Shown here one piece after another: positions 9,559 through 21,603 of a DNA stretch of 64,000 bases (the stretch's first letter is position 1; every line of letters starts with the position of its first letter). Below the pieces are notes generated by a model that was not told the DNA's origin, ran no database searches, and saw nothing but the letters and a program-made list of their open reading frames with translations. Source of the stretch: Acidobacteriota bacterium (GTDB lineage Bacteria; Acidobacteriota; Thermoanaerobaculia; Gp7-AA8); NCBI GenBank assembly GCA_019244185.1, contig JAFATB010000014.1, positions 480,001 to 544,000 on the forward strand, written 5' to 3'. The position numbers and the translations under genes were made by a program.

Positions 9559-10119
9559 ATGAGACACCTGCTCGCCGTGCTGTTGCTCTGCGCTGGCGCG
9601 CCGCTGCTGGCGGACGAAGCGGCCGCGCCCGCCGCGCCGCCTCCGCGTGCGAATGCCTCCGCGGCGCCCACGCGGCTCTTCCAACTCACGCTGCTGCGCG
9701 CGTCGAACCATGGCAGCGATGAACTGACCGGAGTCTCCGAGGGGGCGAAGAAGGCGATTCGCGACATCCATGACTTCCTGCCGTTCCGCAGCTACCGGCT
9801 GCTCGATGCGGCGCTGATCCGCTCGTCGGACGTGACGAAGGTGCAACTCGATGGCGTGCCGCCGCAGCGTTACGACGTCATGCTCGGATTCCGTGCGGCC
9901 GGCGAAACGAAGTTGTCGATCTGGACCTTCACGGTGACGCCGGTGCGCCGCGGCGGAACGCCGTTGCCTGCCGGCGTCGCGCCGTCCGCGGAGCGGGCAA
10001 TCATCGATACCTCGTTCACGATCGACGCGGGCGAGACGATCGTCGTCGGCTCGTCGAAGCTCGGTGGCGACGAAGCGCTGGTCATCCTTCTCACGGCTTT
10101 GCCGAAATCCATTCACTAA
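9559..10119 (+). CDS. Exported hypothetical protein
   Basis: Sec signal MRHLLAVLLLCAGAPLLA; C-terminal TSFTIDAGETIVVG...ALVILLT. Confidence 0.75.
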   Translation: MRHLLAVLLLCAGAPLLADEAAAPAAPPPRANASAAPTRLFQLTLLRASNHGSDELTGVSEGAKKAIRDIHDFLPFRSYRLLDAALIRSSDVTKVQLDGVPPQRYDVMLGFRAAGETKLSIWTFTVTPVRRGGTPLPAGVAPSAERAIIDTSFTIDAGETIVVGSSKLGGDEALVILLTALPKSIH

Positions 10120-10129
10120 AGGACTCGAC

Positions 10130-11605
10130 ATGAAACGCATCGCACTCCTGCTGCTCCTCGCAGCAACGCTCGAGGCTCGTCCGATCGCAATCGTGAACGT
10201 CAACGTGATCGCGATGACGAGCGACGCGGTCACGCCGTCGCAGACGGTGATCGTCGATCGCGGACGCATCGTGACGATCGGCAGCGTGTCGACGACGCCC
10301 GTGCCCGACGGCGCGCAGACGATCGACGGGCAGGGCGGCTATCTCATCCCCGGCCTCTGCGATCTGCACGTGCATCTCACCGATCGCGACGATCTCGCGC
10401 TCTACGTCGCGAACGGCGTCACGACCGTGTTCAACCTCGACGGCGACGAGAGCACGCTCGCCCTCCGCAAAGCGCCGCCGCCGCTCGCGCCGCGCATCCT
10501 CACTGCGGGCCCGAAACTGATCGGCGTCCCGGGCGCGGAACGAGCACGCGCGATCGTCGCGGAGCAGGCCGCGGCCGGCTATGACGCGATCAAGATCTAC
10601 GACGACATCGCGGCCGATGCGCTGCCCGAGCTCGTGCGTGTCGCGCGCGAGAAAGGTCTCCTCAGCATCGGTCACATTCCGCGCAACCTGAAGTGGCAGG
10701 ACATGCTCGCGGCGCGGCCCGACGCGATCGCGCACGCGGAGGAGTTTCTCTACAGCCCTGTTCTCGACGGCGACGAGGAGCGCATCGCCGCGTCGATGAA
10801 GGCGAACGGCACGAGCCTCATCGCGACGCTGATCACCTACGACACGATCGGGCTGCAGGTCGACGACGTCGACGCGATGCTGGCGCGGCCCGAGAACGCG
10901 TACGCGAACGTCGCCATCCGCAATCTCTGGTCGCGCGCGAACAACCGCTACGCGAGTCGCTGGGACGCGTCGAAAGTTCCGACGCTGCGCCGCCGCCTCG
11001 TCTTCCAGAAGACTCTCGTGCGCCAGCTCGGTGCCGCCGGCATTCCGATCCTCCTCGGCACCGACGCCGGCGGCGTGCCGTTCGTCATCCCCGGCTTCTC
11101 CGCGATCGCCGAGCTGCGCGAGCTCGTCTCCGCCGGCCTCACGCCGTACGCCGCGTTGCGCGCCGCCACCGCGGGCGCCGCGCACTTCATCCGTCGCGAT
11201 CAAGACCTCGGCACCATCGAAGCCGGCAAGATCGCCGATCTCGTGCTGCTCCGCGGCAATCCGCTCGCGAACATCGACGACGTCGCATTGCGCGCGGGCG
11301 TCATGACGAACGGCGAGTGGCACGACGAGGCGCAGCTGCAAGGCGCGCTCGCGCATGTCGCGGAGATCAACGCGGCCGAGGCGGCGGTCGTCACCGCGTG
11401 CAACGGAACGATCGACGCGTGCGTCGCCGCGGCGCGCAAAATCCGTCCGCGCGACACCACGCTCAACGAGCTCGCGTATCAGCTGCTCTACATTTCCAAA
11501 CGGAAAGACGACGCGGTGCGCCTCTTCCGCGCGAATGCCGAGCTCCATCCGGAGTCGGCTATCGCGCGCGGGTCGCTCGCGGAGGTGGTGGGGAAGAAGG
11601 AATGA
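10130..11605 (+). CDS. Exported amidohydrolase-family protein with C-terminal TPR-like helices
   Basis: PGLCDLHVH, IKIY, GH, AHAEE, LLGTDAG, GTIEAGKIADLVLL; LNELAYQLL...AVRLFRANAELHP. Confidence 0.88.
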   Translation: MKRIALLLLLAATLEARPIAIVNVNVIAMTSDAVTPSQTVIVDRGRIVTIGSVSTTPVPDGAQTIDGQGGYLIPGLCDLHVHLTDRDDLALYVANGVTTVFNLDGDESTLALRKAPPPLAPRILTAGPKLIGVPGAERARAIVAEQAAAGYDAIKIYDDIAADALPELVRVAREKGLLSIGHIPRNLKWQDMLAARPDAIAHAEEFLYSPVLDGDEERIAASMKANGTSLIATLITYDTIGLQVDDVDAMLARPENAYANVAIRNLWSRANNRYASRWDASKVPTLRRRLVFQKTLVRQLGAAGIPILLGTDAGGVPFVIPGFSAIAELRELVSAGLTPYAALRAATAGAAHFIRRDQDLGTIEAGKIADLVLLRGNPLANIDDVALRAGVMTNGEWHDEAQLQGALAHVAEINAAEAAVVTACNGTIDACVAAARKIRPRDTTLNELAYQLLYISKRKDDAVRLFRANAELHPESAIARGSLAEVVGKKE

Positions 11606-11995
11606 CGGCGATCGGCCGAACTCCTGCCCGGCGATGAGCTGGAAGGAGTCCGTCAGCGTCTTGCAGTCGCCGTTGCGCTGGGCGAAGCGGTCGAAGCCGC
11701 CCGGGGCCATGCTGTAGCGAAAGCGGCGGCGCGCGAAGAGGCGGAACAGCTTCGCGATCCGGCCGGCGTCATCGAGAGCACGGTAGCCGTCGTCGAGCTC
11801 CAGCTCGGCGGCGACATGCCTCCGGTTTCCCGCATAGACCTCGTTCGTGTAGCGAAGCCCGGTATACGGGCTGCGGCCGTCGATCTGTTCGACGCGGCGG
11901 CCCGCGCGTCCGAGGTCGCGCAGTGCGTCCGCCTCTCCACCGGAGGTGAGCCAGCGATAGCCGCCGTAGACGAGACCGGCGATGGCGACCCGCAC
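11606..11995 (-). pseudogene. Gene fragment lacking its own stop codon
   Basis: Gene-like translation (M)RVAIAGLVYGGYRWLTS...FRYSM...RNGDCKTLTDSFQLIA that runs antisense into the amidohydrolase with no stop. Confidence 0.4.
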
Positions 11996-12007
11996 GACGC
12001 GTCGGCG

Positions 12008-12410
12008 ATGCTGCTGCCGCCCGCTCTCGCCGCGTTCCACCACGGTCCGGGCCATGCGCTCCCGCCGCTCGTGCGCCAGCCGCTCGAAGCGGCGTTCGGT
12101 GCGAGCTTCGCGGACGTGCGCCTCCATGTCGGCTCGCATCCGTCGTCGCTCGGCGCGACGGCATTCACCCACGGCGCGAACATCCACTTCGGCGCCGGCC
12201 AATGCAACCCCGAGACTGCGCACGGCCAGCAGATGTTCTGCCGCCAGCTCGCGCGGGTCGTGCAGCAGCGGAGCGGCCGCGTGCGCAATCCGTTCGGCGG
12301 CGGCAGCGCCGTCGTGCAGGACCGCATGCTCGATCTCGAAGCGGATCGCATCGGCCGCGCCGCCGCGGACCGGCTGGCGATGTCCCGCGTACAGCGCCTG
12401 CTGACGAGGA
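12008..12410 (+). pseudogene. Degenerate DUF4157 (eCIS core-like) domain fragment
   Basis: LEAAFGASFADVRLH...GATAFTHGANIHF...VVQQRSGRV...EADRIG...VQR; HELxH replaced by RQLAR; no nearby stop. Confidence 0.65.
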
Positions 12411-12444
12411 TACGCCATCACGGCGGAAATCCGTGGAGATTGAA

Positions 12445-12478
12445 GAAGGACGGTCCGCGATTGCGCGAGCCGTCCTTC
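12445..12478 (-). terminator. Probable intrinsic terminator of the CADD-like gene
   Basis: GAAGGACGG...CCGTCCTTC inverted repeat just downstream of the stop at 12494. Confidence 0.55.
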
Positions 12479-12493
12479 CGATGTCGCGTTTCG

Positions 12494-13147
12494 TTACGCC
12501 GTCACGCTGTCGAGGAACGCGTACAGCGCGTCGAGGGTACGGCCCGCCGCCCGCTCCGCTTCCTGCGCCTGCTCGTCCGTCGCGCAGAGATCACGGAGGA
12601 TCTCGCGGGACGTGTTCGCGTGGACGACGTCGGCGTCCATGTGCACGCGGAAGAAGGCCGTGTCGCGGTCGGCGGAGATGCCGTACCACTTCGCGAGGCC
12701 TTCAATCTTCGCCTTGGCGACGGCGGGGATCTGCGACTCGTACGCGTAGAGCGAGGCCAGTCCCTCGTGCAGCGCGCCTTCGCGGGCGAGGTCGCGCATC
12801 GTGGCGATGAGCGCGCGCGTCGAATCGTTGGCGATCCCGCGCTTCACGTCCTCGCGGTCGAGTCCGAGGGACTCGCAGAAGCGGAGCCAGAGCTCGGGAT
12901 GATTTTCGGGGCCGCGCTCTTCCTCGATGAGATTCTCGAGGAGCAGCTGGCGCGTCGGCAGATCGTCGGTGTGCGCGTGCATCGCGCTCACGAACGTCGG
13001 GAACGCCATCGCGTAGTGAAAGTACTGCCGCGCGTACTCGCGCAGCTCATCGGCGCTCAGCGTCCCGGCGTTCCAGCGCTGATAGAACGTGTGGTCGAGG
13101 AGATGGCGCGACGCAATGCGCGCATCGAGAGCCTGAATGGGATCCAT
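12494..13147 (-). CDS. CADD-like heme-oxygenase-fold di-iron protein (TenA/PqqC/CADD superfamily)
   Basis: LLDHTFYQRW, ENLIEEE..NHPELW, YAYESQIP.VA..KIEGL, FFRVH..AD..H; AGGAGG SD. Confidence 0.85.
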   Translation of the reverse strand: MDPIQALDARIASRHLLDHTFYQRWNAGTLSADELREYARQYFHYAMAFPTFVSAMHAHTDDLPTRQLLLENLIEEERGPENHPELWLRFCESLGLDREDVKRGIANDSTRALIATMRDLAREGALHEGLASLYAYESQIPAVAKAKIEGLAKWYGISADRDTAFFRVHMDADVVHANTSREILRDLCATDEQAQEAERAAGRTLDALYAFLDSVTA

Positions 13148-13243
13148 GGGGTACCTCCTGCTTCGCTTGTGTTGAAGCGCGGAGTGTATGCCGGTTTGAA
13201 ACGAAACACACGCGCTCCTCACTACCAAGGCGAGGTGAGGAAC

Positions 13244-14578
13244 ATGAGAGCGACGAACATCATCCGTGTGGCCGCGCTGCTGCTATTGGCGGCGGCGCTT
13301 TCGAGCAACGCACAAACCAACACGCAGACGAACGTCTGCGCAAACAACGTCGTGCAGAACGGCGACATCGTGAACGCGACGCTGCCGTCGAGCGGCTCCG
13401 ACATCAACGCGACGAACGTGCCGCCGTGGAAGCCGGCGTACGGCTCGCCGCAGCTCGACACGAGCCAGGGCTGCCACGACAAGAACTCGATCACGATGTG
13501 GGGGAATCAGGCCGTCGGCGAGGCGGTCATGCAATCCGTCGCGTTTCAGGCCGGCAAGACCTACCAGATCGAGTTCTGCGCGAAGTATCGCGACAACAAG
13601 GTCGGCTACGCGAACGTGCAGTTCCGCGCGTCGAACGGCAGCCTGACGAATCCCTCGTGTCCGGCCGGCACGTGCGAGGTCATCGGCACGACGCCGAATC
13701 TCACCGCGAACTGGGACACGTATCGCTTCTGCTGGACGCCGAAGCGGGACTACGACACGCTGACCATCAACACGACGAACGGCATCAACGCCGACGACGG
13801 CAACAAGGTGTCGTGGTCGAACGTCGACGACATCTGCATCATCGTCATTCCGGCAGCAACGATCACCGGTCCGGCGACGAGCTGCACGGGCACGGCGACG
13901 TACTGCTCGAATCCGGCGAACCCGAACTACACGTGGACGGTGCAGAACGGCACGATCGTCGGTCCCGCGACCGGCGCGTGCGTCATGGTGCATTGGAACG
14001 CGCCGGCCGGCGGCCACGTGCACGCGGACCTGCCGCCGCTCTCCTGCCAGCCGCCGCTCGACCTCACGGTGCGCGACTGCCCGCATCCGATCTGCTGTCG
14101 CGACAACAACGTCCGCGTGCAGTTCGGCGATCCCGCGGCGCGCGCCGGCAACGTCTACACGATTACGCCGATCATCACCGCCGGCTCCGCGACCACGGTG
14201 AAGGCGACGATCCTCAGCGCCACGCGTTCCTACTCGCTGGCCGCGTGCGGTGCCGCGGCGCCGGTCGACGTCTATGCCGCGGCGGCGCAACCGCCGGCGC
14301 CCGCCGGCTGGATCGGACCGGCACTTCCGGTGACGAACAGCTCACAGTTGATCTGGGACGCGGCGGGGCCGAGCGCGCCGGTGTCCGGATCGTTTCCGTT
14401 CGACGTGCAGTTGCCGCCGGTCACCGGAGGACGGTTCTGCAACGAGAAGATCACGATCTGCGTGCTCTTCGAGGTCACCAGTCCCGACTGTCGCACGTGC
14501 TCGGTGACGAGTTGCTTCACGATTGCGCGCAGGGCCGTGATCAACTACGAGTCGATTGAGGTTCCGAAGCACAACTGA
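13244..14578 (+). CDS. Exported Cys-rich protein with CBM-like beta-sandwich and PKD/Ig-like modules
   Basis: Sec signal; NVVQNGD...QSVAFQAGKTYQIEF...NVDDIC; ITGP..C....TY...YTWTV.NG; 20 Cys; GAGG SD. Confidence 0.75.
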   Translation: MRATNIIRVAALLLLAAALSSNAQTNTQTNVCANNVVQNGDIVNATLPSSGSDINATNVPPWKPAYGSPQLDTSQGCHDKNSITMWGNQAVGEAVMQSVAFQAGKTYQIEFCAKYRDNKVGYANVQFRASNGSLTNPSCPAGTCEVIGTTPNLTANWDTYRFCWTPKRDYDTLTINTTNGINADDGNKVSWSNVDDICIIVIPAATITGPATSCTGTATYCSNPANPNYTWTVQNGTIVGPATGACVMVHWNAPAGGHVHADLPPLSCQPPLDLTVRDCPHPICCRDNNVRVQFGDPAARAGNVYTITPIITAGSATTVKATILSATRSYSLAACGAAAPVDVYAAAAQPPAPAGWIGPALPVTNSSQLIWDAAGPSAPVSGSFPFDVQLPPVTGGRFCNEKITICVLFEVTSPDCRTCSVTSCFTIARRAVINYESIEVPKHN

Positions 14579-14587
14579 GCCGCGCGA

Positions 14588-14615
14588 AGCGAGGGCGGCC
14601 TCCGCGCCGCCCTCG
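14588..14615. terminator. Hairpin downstream of the Cys-rich gene
   Basis: GCGAGGGCGGC-ctccgc-GCCGCCCTCGC. Confidence 0.5.
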
Positions 14616-14653
14616 CACGAAACATCTCTCTTCGCAGGCCGTACGTTTGCGGC

Positions 14654-15667
14654 ATGCACGCGCTTCTGCTCGCCGCCGTTCTCAACATCAGTGACGTCGC
14701 AAAGGACGCGATCGCGAAGAACCATCTGCCGGCGATGTCGATCACCGTCATGAACGCGGACGGTCTCGTCGCGCAAGGCGTGGCGGGCGTGCGCAAGATG
14801 GGCTCTCGCGCGCGGGTGAAGCAGGACGATGCGTTTCACATCGGCTCGTGCACGAAGCCGATCACGGCCACGATCGTCGCGCAGCTCGTCGAAGAAAAGA
14901 AGCTGGCCTTCGACACCACGATCGGCGCGGCGTTCTCCGACTGGAACGACATCCGTCCCGAGTACAAAGACGTGACCGTCGCGGAGCTGCTCAGCCACGA
15001 ATCAGGACTGCCCGCGTTCGACGACGACGCCGACTTCAAAGGGATGCCGGCCGATCGCACGGCGTTCGTCCACGAAGCGCTGAAGCGTGCGCCGGTCGTC
15101 AAGCGCGGTGAGTACAAGTACTCGAACGCCGGCTTCTCGACGGTGGCCGTGATCGCCGAGCGCGCGAGCGGCATGTCGTGGGAGCGGCTGGTCGAAACGC
15201 GGATCTTCGCGCCGCTGCATCTGCGCACCGCGGGCTTCGGCTGGCCGCGCGAGGTGTGGGGCTTCGCGGAAGGAAAGCCGGTCGATCCGAAGGGCGCGTA
15301 TCAGCTCGGCAAGACCATTGCGCCGGCGGGCGACATCCATATGAGCAGCGGCGATCTCGCGGAGTTTCTCCGCGCGCATCTCCGCGCGCTGCGCGGCACG
15401 AAGACGCTCATCACGCCGCAGACCGCCACGCTCATGCACACGCGCCGTCTCCGCAGCGGCCTCGGATTCGGCGTGCAGAAGATCGGCGACCTCGAGCCGG
15501 TCAGCGTCTACAGCGGCAGCGCCGACACCTTCGTCACCGTCTTCGCCGTCGCGCCGAGCGCGAACGTCCTCGTCGTCGTCGACACGAACGCGGGCGACGA
15601 GAACGCGCAGAAAGCGGCCGGCGCGACGCTCAAGGCGCTGCTCGCGCGCTTCGCATCGAAGCCGTGA
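14654..15667 (+). CDS. Serine hydrolase, beta-lactamase/AmpC-like family
   Basis: FHIGSCTK (SxxK), LLSHESG, YKYSNAG, PAGDI. Confidence 0.88.
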   Translation: MHALLLAAVLNISDVAKDAIAKNHLPAMSITVMNADGLVAQGVAGVRKMGSRARVKQDDAFHIGSCTKPITATIVAQLVEEKKLAFDTTIGAAFSDWNDIRPEYKDVTVAELLSHESGLPAFDDDADFKGMPADRTAFVHEALKRAPVVKRGEYKYSNAGFSTVAVIAERASGMSWERLVETRIFAPLHLRTAGFGWPREVWGFAEGKPVDPKGAYQLGKTIAPAGDIHMSSGDLAEFLRAHLRALRGTKTLITPQTATLMHTRRLRSGLGFGVQKIGDLEPVSVYSGSADTFVTVFAVAPSANVLVVVDTNAGDENAQKAAGATLKALLARFASKP

Positions 15668-15716
15668 CGATGTGCAGCAGACGTCGACGAACCCGCCCGC
15701 GGCGGGCCGCCCTCGC

Positions 15717-15746
15717 TTGACCCTCATGACGGCGCGTCAATAGACT
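15717..15746 (+). promoter_or_regulatory. Sigma-70 promoter of acnA, probably leaderless
   Basis: TTGACC-18 nt-TAGACT, 7 nt before GTG 15754; no SD. Confidence 0.6.
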
Positions 15747-15753
15747 CGCGGCC

Positions 15754-18633
<2,880 letters not shown>

Positions 18634-18654
18634 TCACGCCGCCGCGCCGCCGCA

Positions 18655-19380
18655 TCAGCGCCGCGGCACCTGCAGGCTCGAGTCGTTCGTGGCGTTGTCG
18701 ATCATCGATCCGTAGACGACGGCGTTTCCGCCGAGGACGTTGACTTCGATCGAGTCGGTCGCCTGCAACGTCGTGCCGAGGAACACGTCGACGGGATTCT
18801 GCTCGAAGGCGACGGCGGCGAACGCGCGCATGCGGCGGAAGCGCTCGGTGCCGCTCGCATCGCGGACGACGAACTCGATCGTCGCGCCCGATTCGAGCGT
18901 GCGGATGCCGAGGTTGAAGCGGTAGCGCGTGAAGTCGCGCGGCGCGATCAGCGTGGCGCTGCTGCCGACGACGAGCGCCTCCGTATTACGAACGCGTGGC
19001 ACCGTCGCGCCGGTGGTGCCGTCCGGCTGGTCGTCGTACGCGCGCGCGACCGCCTCGGGTAACTCGCCGCGGTCGACGAGGATGTCCAGCGAGCCGAGGC
19101 CGGTCGAGCCCATCGCGGCGACGACGTCGTCGTACGCGATCGTCGCGCGCGCGGGGAGGTCGTAGCGCAGCAGCGTCTCCTGCGGATGGAGGATCAGCCA
19201 GCCCGCGGCGGAGGCATCGCTCGCGTTGTGCAGCTGCAGCTCGGTCTTGAAGAACGCGTTCGACTGACCGTGCGTCGAGCCGACGACGGGGATCACGGCG
19301 TCGACCGGTTTCTCCGAAACCTGCGCGAACGCGGCGGCGGCGACGAAGAAGAGCGGCAGCGCGGCGAGCTTGTTGTGCAC
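18655..19380 (-). CDS. Exported hypothetical protein (IPVVGSTxG...FFKTELQLHN beta-sandwich family)
   Basis: GTG start, Sec signal ending AAAAFA; RFNLGIRT; VYGSMIDNATND; ends VPRR. Confidence 0.8.
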   Translation of the reverse strand: MHNKLAALPLFFVAAAAFAQVSEKPVDAVIPVVGSTHGQSNAFFKTELQLHNASDASAAGWLILHPQETLLRYDLPARATIAYDDVVAAMGSTGLGSLDILVDRGELPEAVARAYDDQPDGTTGATVPRVRNTEALVVGSSATLIAPRDFTRYRFNLGIRTLESGATIEFVVRDASGTERFRRMRAFAAVAFEQNPVDVFLGTTLQATDSIEVNVLGGNAVVYGSMIDNATNDSSLQVPRR

Positions 19381-19404
19381 GGGCGAATGATAGATTCCGC
19401 GGCC

Positions 19405-21597
19405 ATGAAACGCGTGCTCCTGCTTCTTCTGCTCGCGCTGCCGCTCGCGGCGCAGCGCAAGGTTCTCGACCTCGATGCGATCTACGATCCCGCGAAACGG
19501 GTCTACTACAGCGGTGCGATCCAGAGCGGCTTCGACTGGATCGACGACACGACGTTCGTCTGGCCGCAGACGGACGAGCTGGGAGAGCTCATCAGCTGGC
19601 GCGTCTTCAACGCGACGACCGGCAAGAGCCGGCCGTTGTTCGACAGCGCGCAGCTTCAGAGCGCGCTCGAGGCCGCGGGTCTCGATGCGGACGACGCACG
19701 CGAGGCGGCGTCGTCGGACGAACTGACGTTCGACGCGAAGAAGAGCGCGATCGTGCTCGACGTCGCCGACGATCTGTATCTCTATTCGCTCACGCGCGGC
19801 ACCGCGACGCGGCTCACGTCCGCGCCGGGCGCCGAGGAGCAGGCGACGTTCAGTCCGGACGGGCAGAAGATCGCGTTCGTCCGCGCGAACAATCTGTACG
19901 TCGTCGATCTCGCGGGACGCGAGCGGCAGCTGACCACCGACGGCAACGCCGACATCCTCAACGGAAAACTCGACTGGCTGTATCAGGAAGAGATCTACGG
20001 ACGCGGCATCTTCAAAGGCTACTGGTGGAGCCCCGACTCGTCGCGGATCGCGTTCCTGCAGCTCGACGAGCGGCCGGTGCCGCGGCACACGATCCTCGAC
20101 CACATCCCGTATCACGAGGGCGTCGAGGTGCAGTCGTATCCGAACGCGGGCGATCCGAATCCGGTCGCGAAGCTCTTCATCACGCCGGCGAGCGGCGGCG
20201 CGATCACGGCCGTCGACAACGCGCGCTACAGCGGCGGCGAGTTCCTCATCGTCAACGTCGGCTGGAACGGCTCGACGCTGATGTATCAGGTGCAGGATCG
20301 CGAGCAGACGTGGCTCGATCTCCTCGCGGCCAGCAGGGGCGGCGAGACGCGCCGGCTGCTGCACGACACGACGAAGGCGTGGGTCGATCCGATCGCGAAC
20401 GCGACGTGGCTCGCCGACGGTACGTTCCTCTGGCAGTCGGAGCGCTCCGGTTGGCGGCATCTCTACCACTACAAGGCCGACGGCACGCTCATCCGCCAGA
20501 TCACGAACGGCGAGTGGGAAGTGCGCGACCTGCACGGCGTCGACGAGAAGAACGGCTTCATTTACTTCTCCGGCACGGAACGCTCGCCGATCGGCCAGGA
20601 CGTCTATCGCGTGAAGCTCGACGGCAGCGGGCTGCAGCGTCTCAGCGGCGAAGACGGCACGCATACCGCGACCTTCAATCCGTCGATGACGATGTACGTC
20701 GACAAGTGGAGCGACATCGCCACGCCGGATCAGATCCGCCTCTATCGCGCGGACGGCAAGCTCGCGCAGGTCGTCTTCGAGAACAAGGTCGCAGAGCTGG
20801 CCGCGCTCGCGCTGCCGCGTCCGCAGTTTCTGCAGGTCAAGACGCGCGACGGCTTCGTCATGGAAGCGATGATGATCAAGCCGGCGAACTTCGATCCGGC
20901 GAAGAAATATCCCGTCTACCAGCATCTCTACGGCGGCCCGCACACGCAGACGGTGCGCAACGCGTGGGGCGGCCAGCGCGGACTCTTCCACCAGTTCCTC
21001 GCGCAGCACGGCGTGCTCGTGTGGGAGTGCGACAACCGCACGGCCAGCGGCAAGGGCGCGGTGTCGACGTGGCCGATGTACAAGAACGCCGGCGAGAGCG
21101 AGCTGCGCGACATCGAGGACGGCGTTGCGTGGCTCGCGCAGCAGCCGTACGTCGACGCGTCGCGCGTCATGCTCAACGGCTGGAGCTACGGCGGCTTCAT
21201 GGTCAGCTATGCGCTGACGCACAGCACGAAGTTCGCGGCCGGCATCGCCGGCGGCTCGGTCACGGACTGGCGCGATTACGACAGCGTCTACACCGAGCGC
21301 TACATGCTCATGCCGCAGCACAATGAAGAGGGTTACAAGAAGACCGCGCCGCGGTGGGCCGCGAAGAACCTGCACGGCAATCTCCTGCTGCTGCACGGCA
21401 CGACCGACGACAACGTGCACCTGCAGAACACGATTCAGTTCGCCTACGAGCTGGAGAAGGAAGGGAAACTGTTCAGCCTGCAGCTCTATCCGCGCTCGCG
21501 CCACGGCGTGACGCAGAAGCCGCTCGTCGCACATCTGCAACGAACGATCTGGGAGTTCGTCCGCGCGAATCTCCTTGGCAGCCCGTTCGCACCATAG
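19405..21597 (+). CDS. S9B dipeptidyl peptidase IV family
   Basis: DWLYQEEI, WWSPD, GWSYGG nucleophile, HGTTDDNVH, YP..RH; signal peptide. Confidence 0.95.
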   Translation: MKRVLLLLLLALPLAAQRKVLDLDAIYDPAKRVYYSGAIQSGFDWIDDTTFVWPQTDELGELISWRVFNATTGKSRPLFDSAQLQSALEAAGLDADDAREAASSDELTFDAKKSAIVLDVADDLYLYSLTRGTATRLTSAPGAEEQATFSPDGQKIAFVRANNLYVVDLAGRERQLTTDGNADILNGKLDWLYQEEIYGRGIFKGYWWSPDSSRIAFLQLDERPVPRHTILDHIPYHEGVEVQSYPNAGDPNPVAKLFITPASGGAITAVDNARYSGGEFLIVNVGWNGSTLMYQVQDREQTWLDLLAASRGGETRRLLHDTTKAWVDPIANATWLADGTFLWQSERSGWRHLYHYKADGTLIRQITNGEWEVRDLHGVDEKNGFIYFSGTERSPIGQDVYRVKLDGSGLQRLSGEDGTHTATFNPSMTMYVDKWSDIATPDQIRLYRADGKLAQVVFENKVAELAALALPRPQFLQVKTRDGFVMEAMMIKPANFDPAKKYPVYQHLYGGPHTQTVRNAWGGQRGLFHQFLAQHGVLVWECDNRTASGKGAVSTWPMYKNAGESELRDIEDGVAWLAQQPYVDASRVMLNGWSYGGFMVSYALTHSTKFAAGIAGGSVTDWRDYDSVYTERYMLMPQHNEEGYKKTAPRWAAKNLHGNLLLLHGTTDDNVHLQNTIQFAYELEKEGKLFSLQLYPRSRHGVTQKPLVAHLQRTIWEFVRANLLGSPFAP

Positions 21598-21603
21598 CGA
21601 GGC

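Noticed and set aside
11816-14578. 920-aa ORF apparently fusing DUF4157 to the Cys-rich protein
   Set aside because: Its middle is the antisense shadow of the CADD gene and crosses a hairpin; the Cys-rich gene has its own SD and signal peptide at 13244
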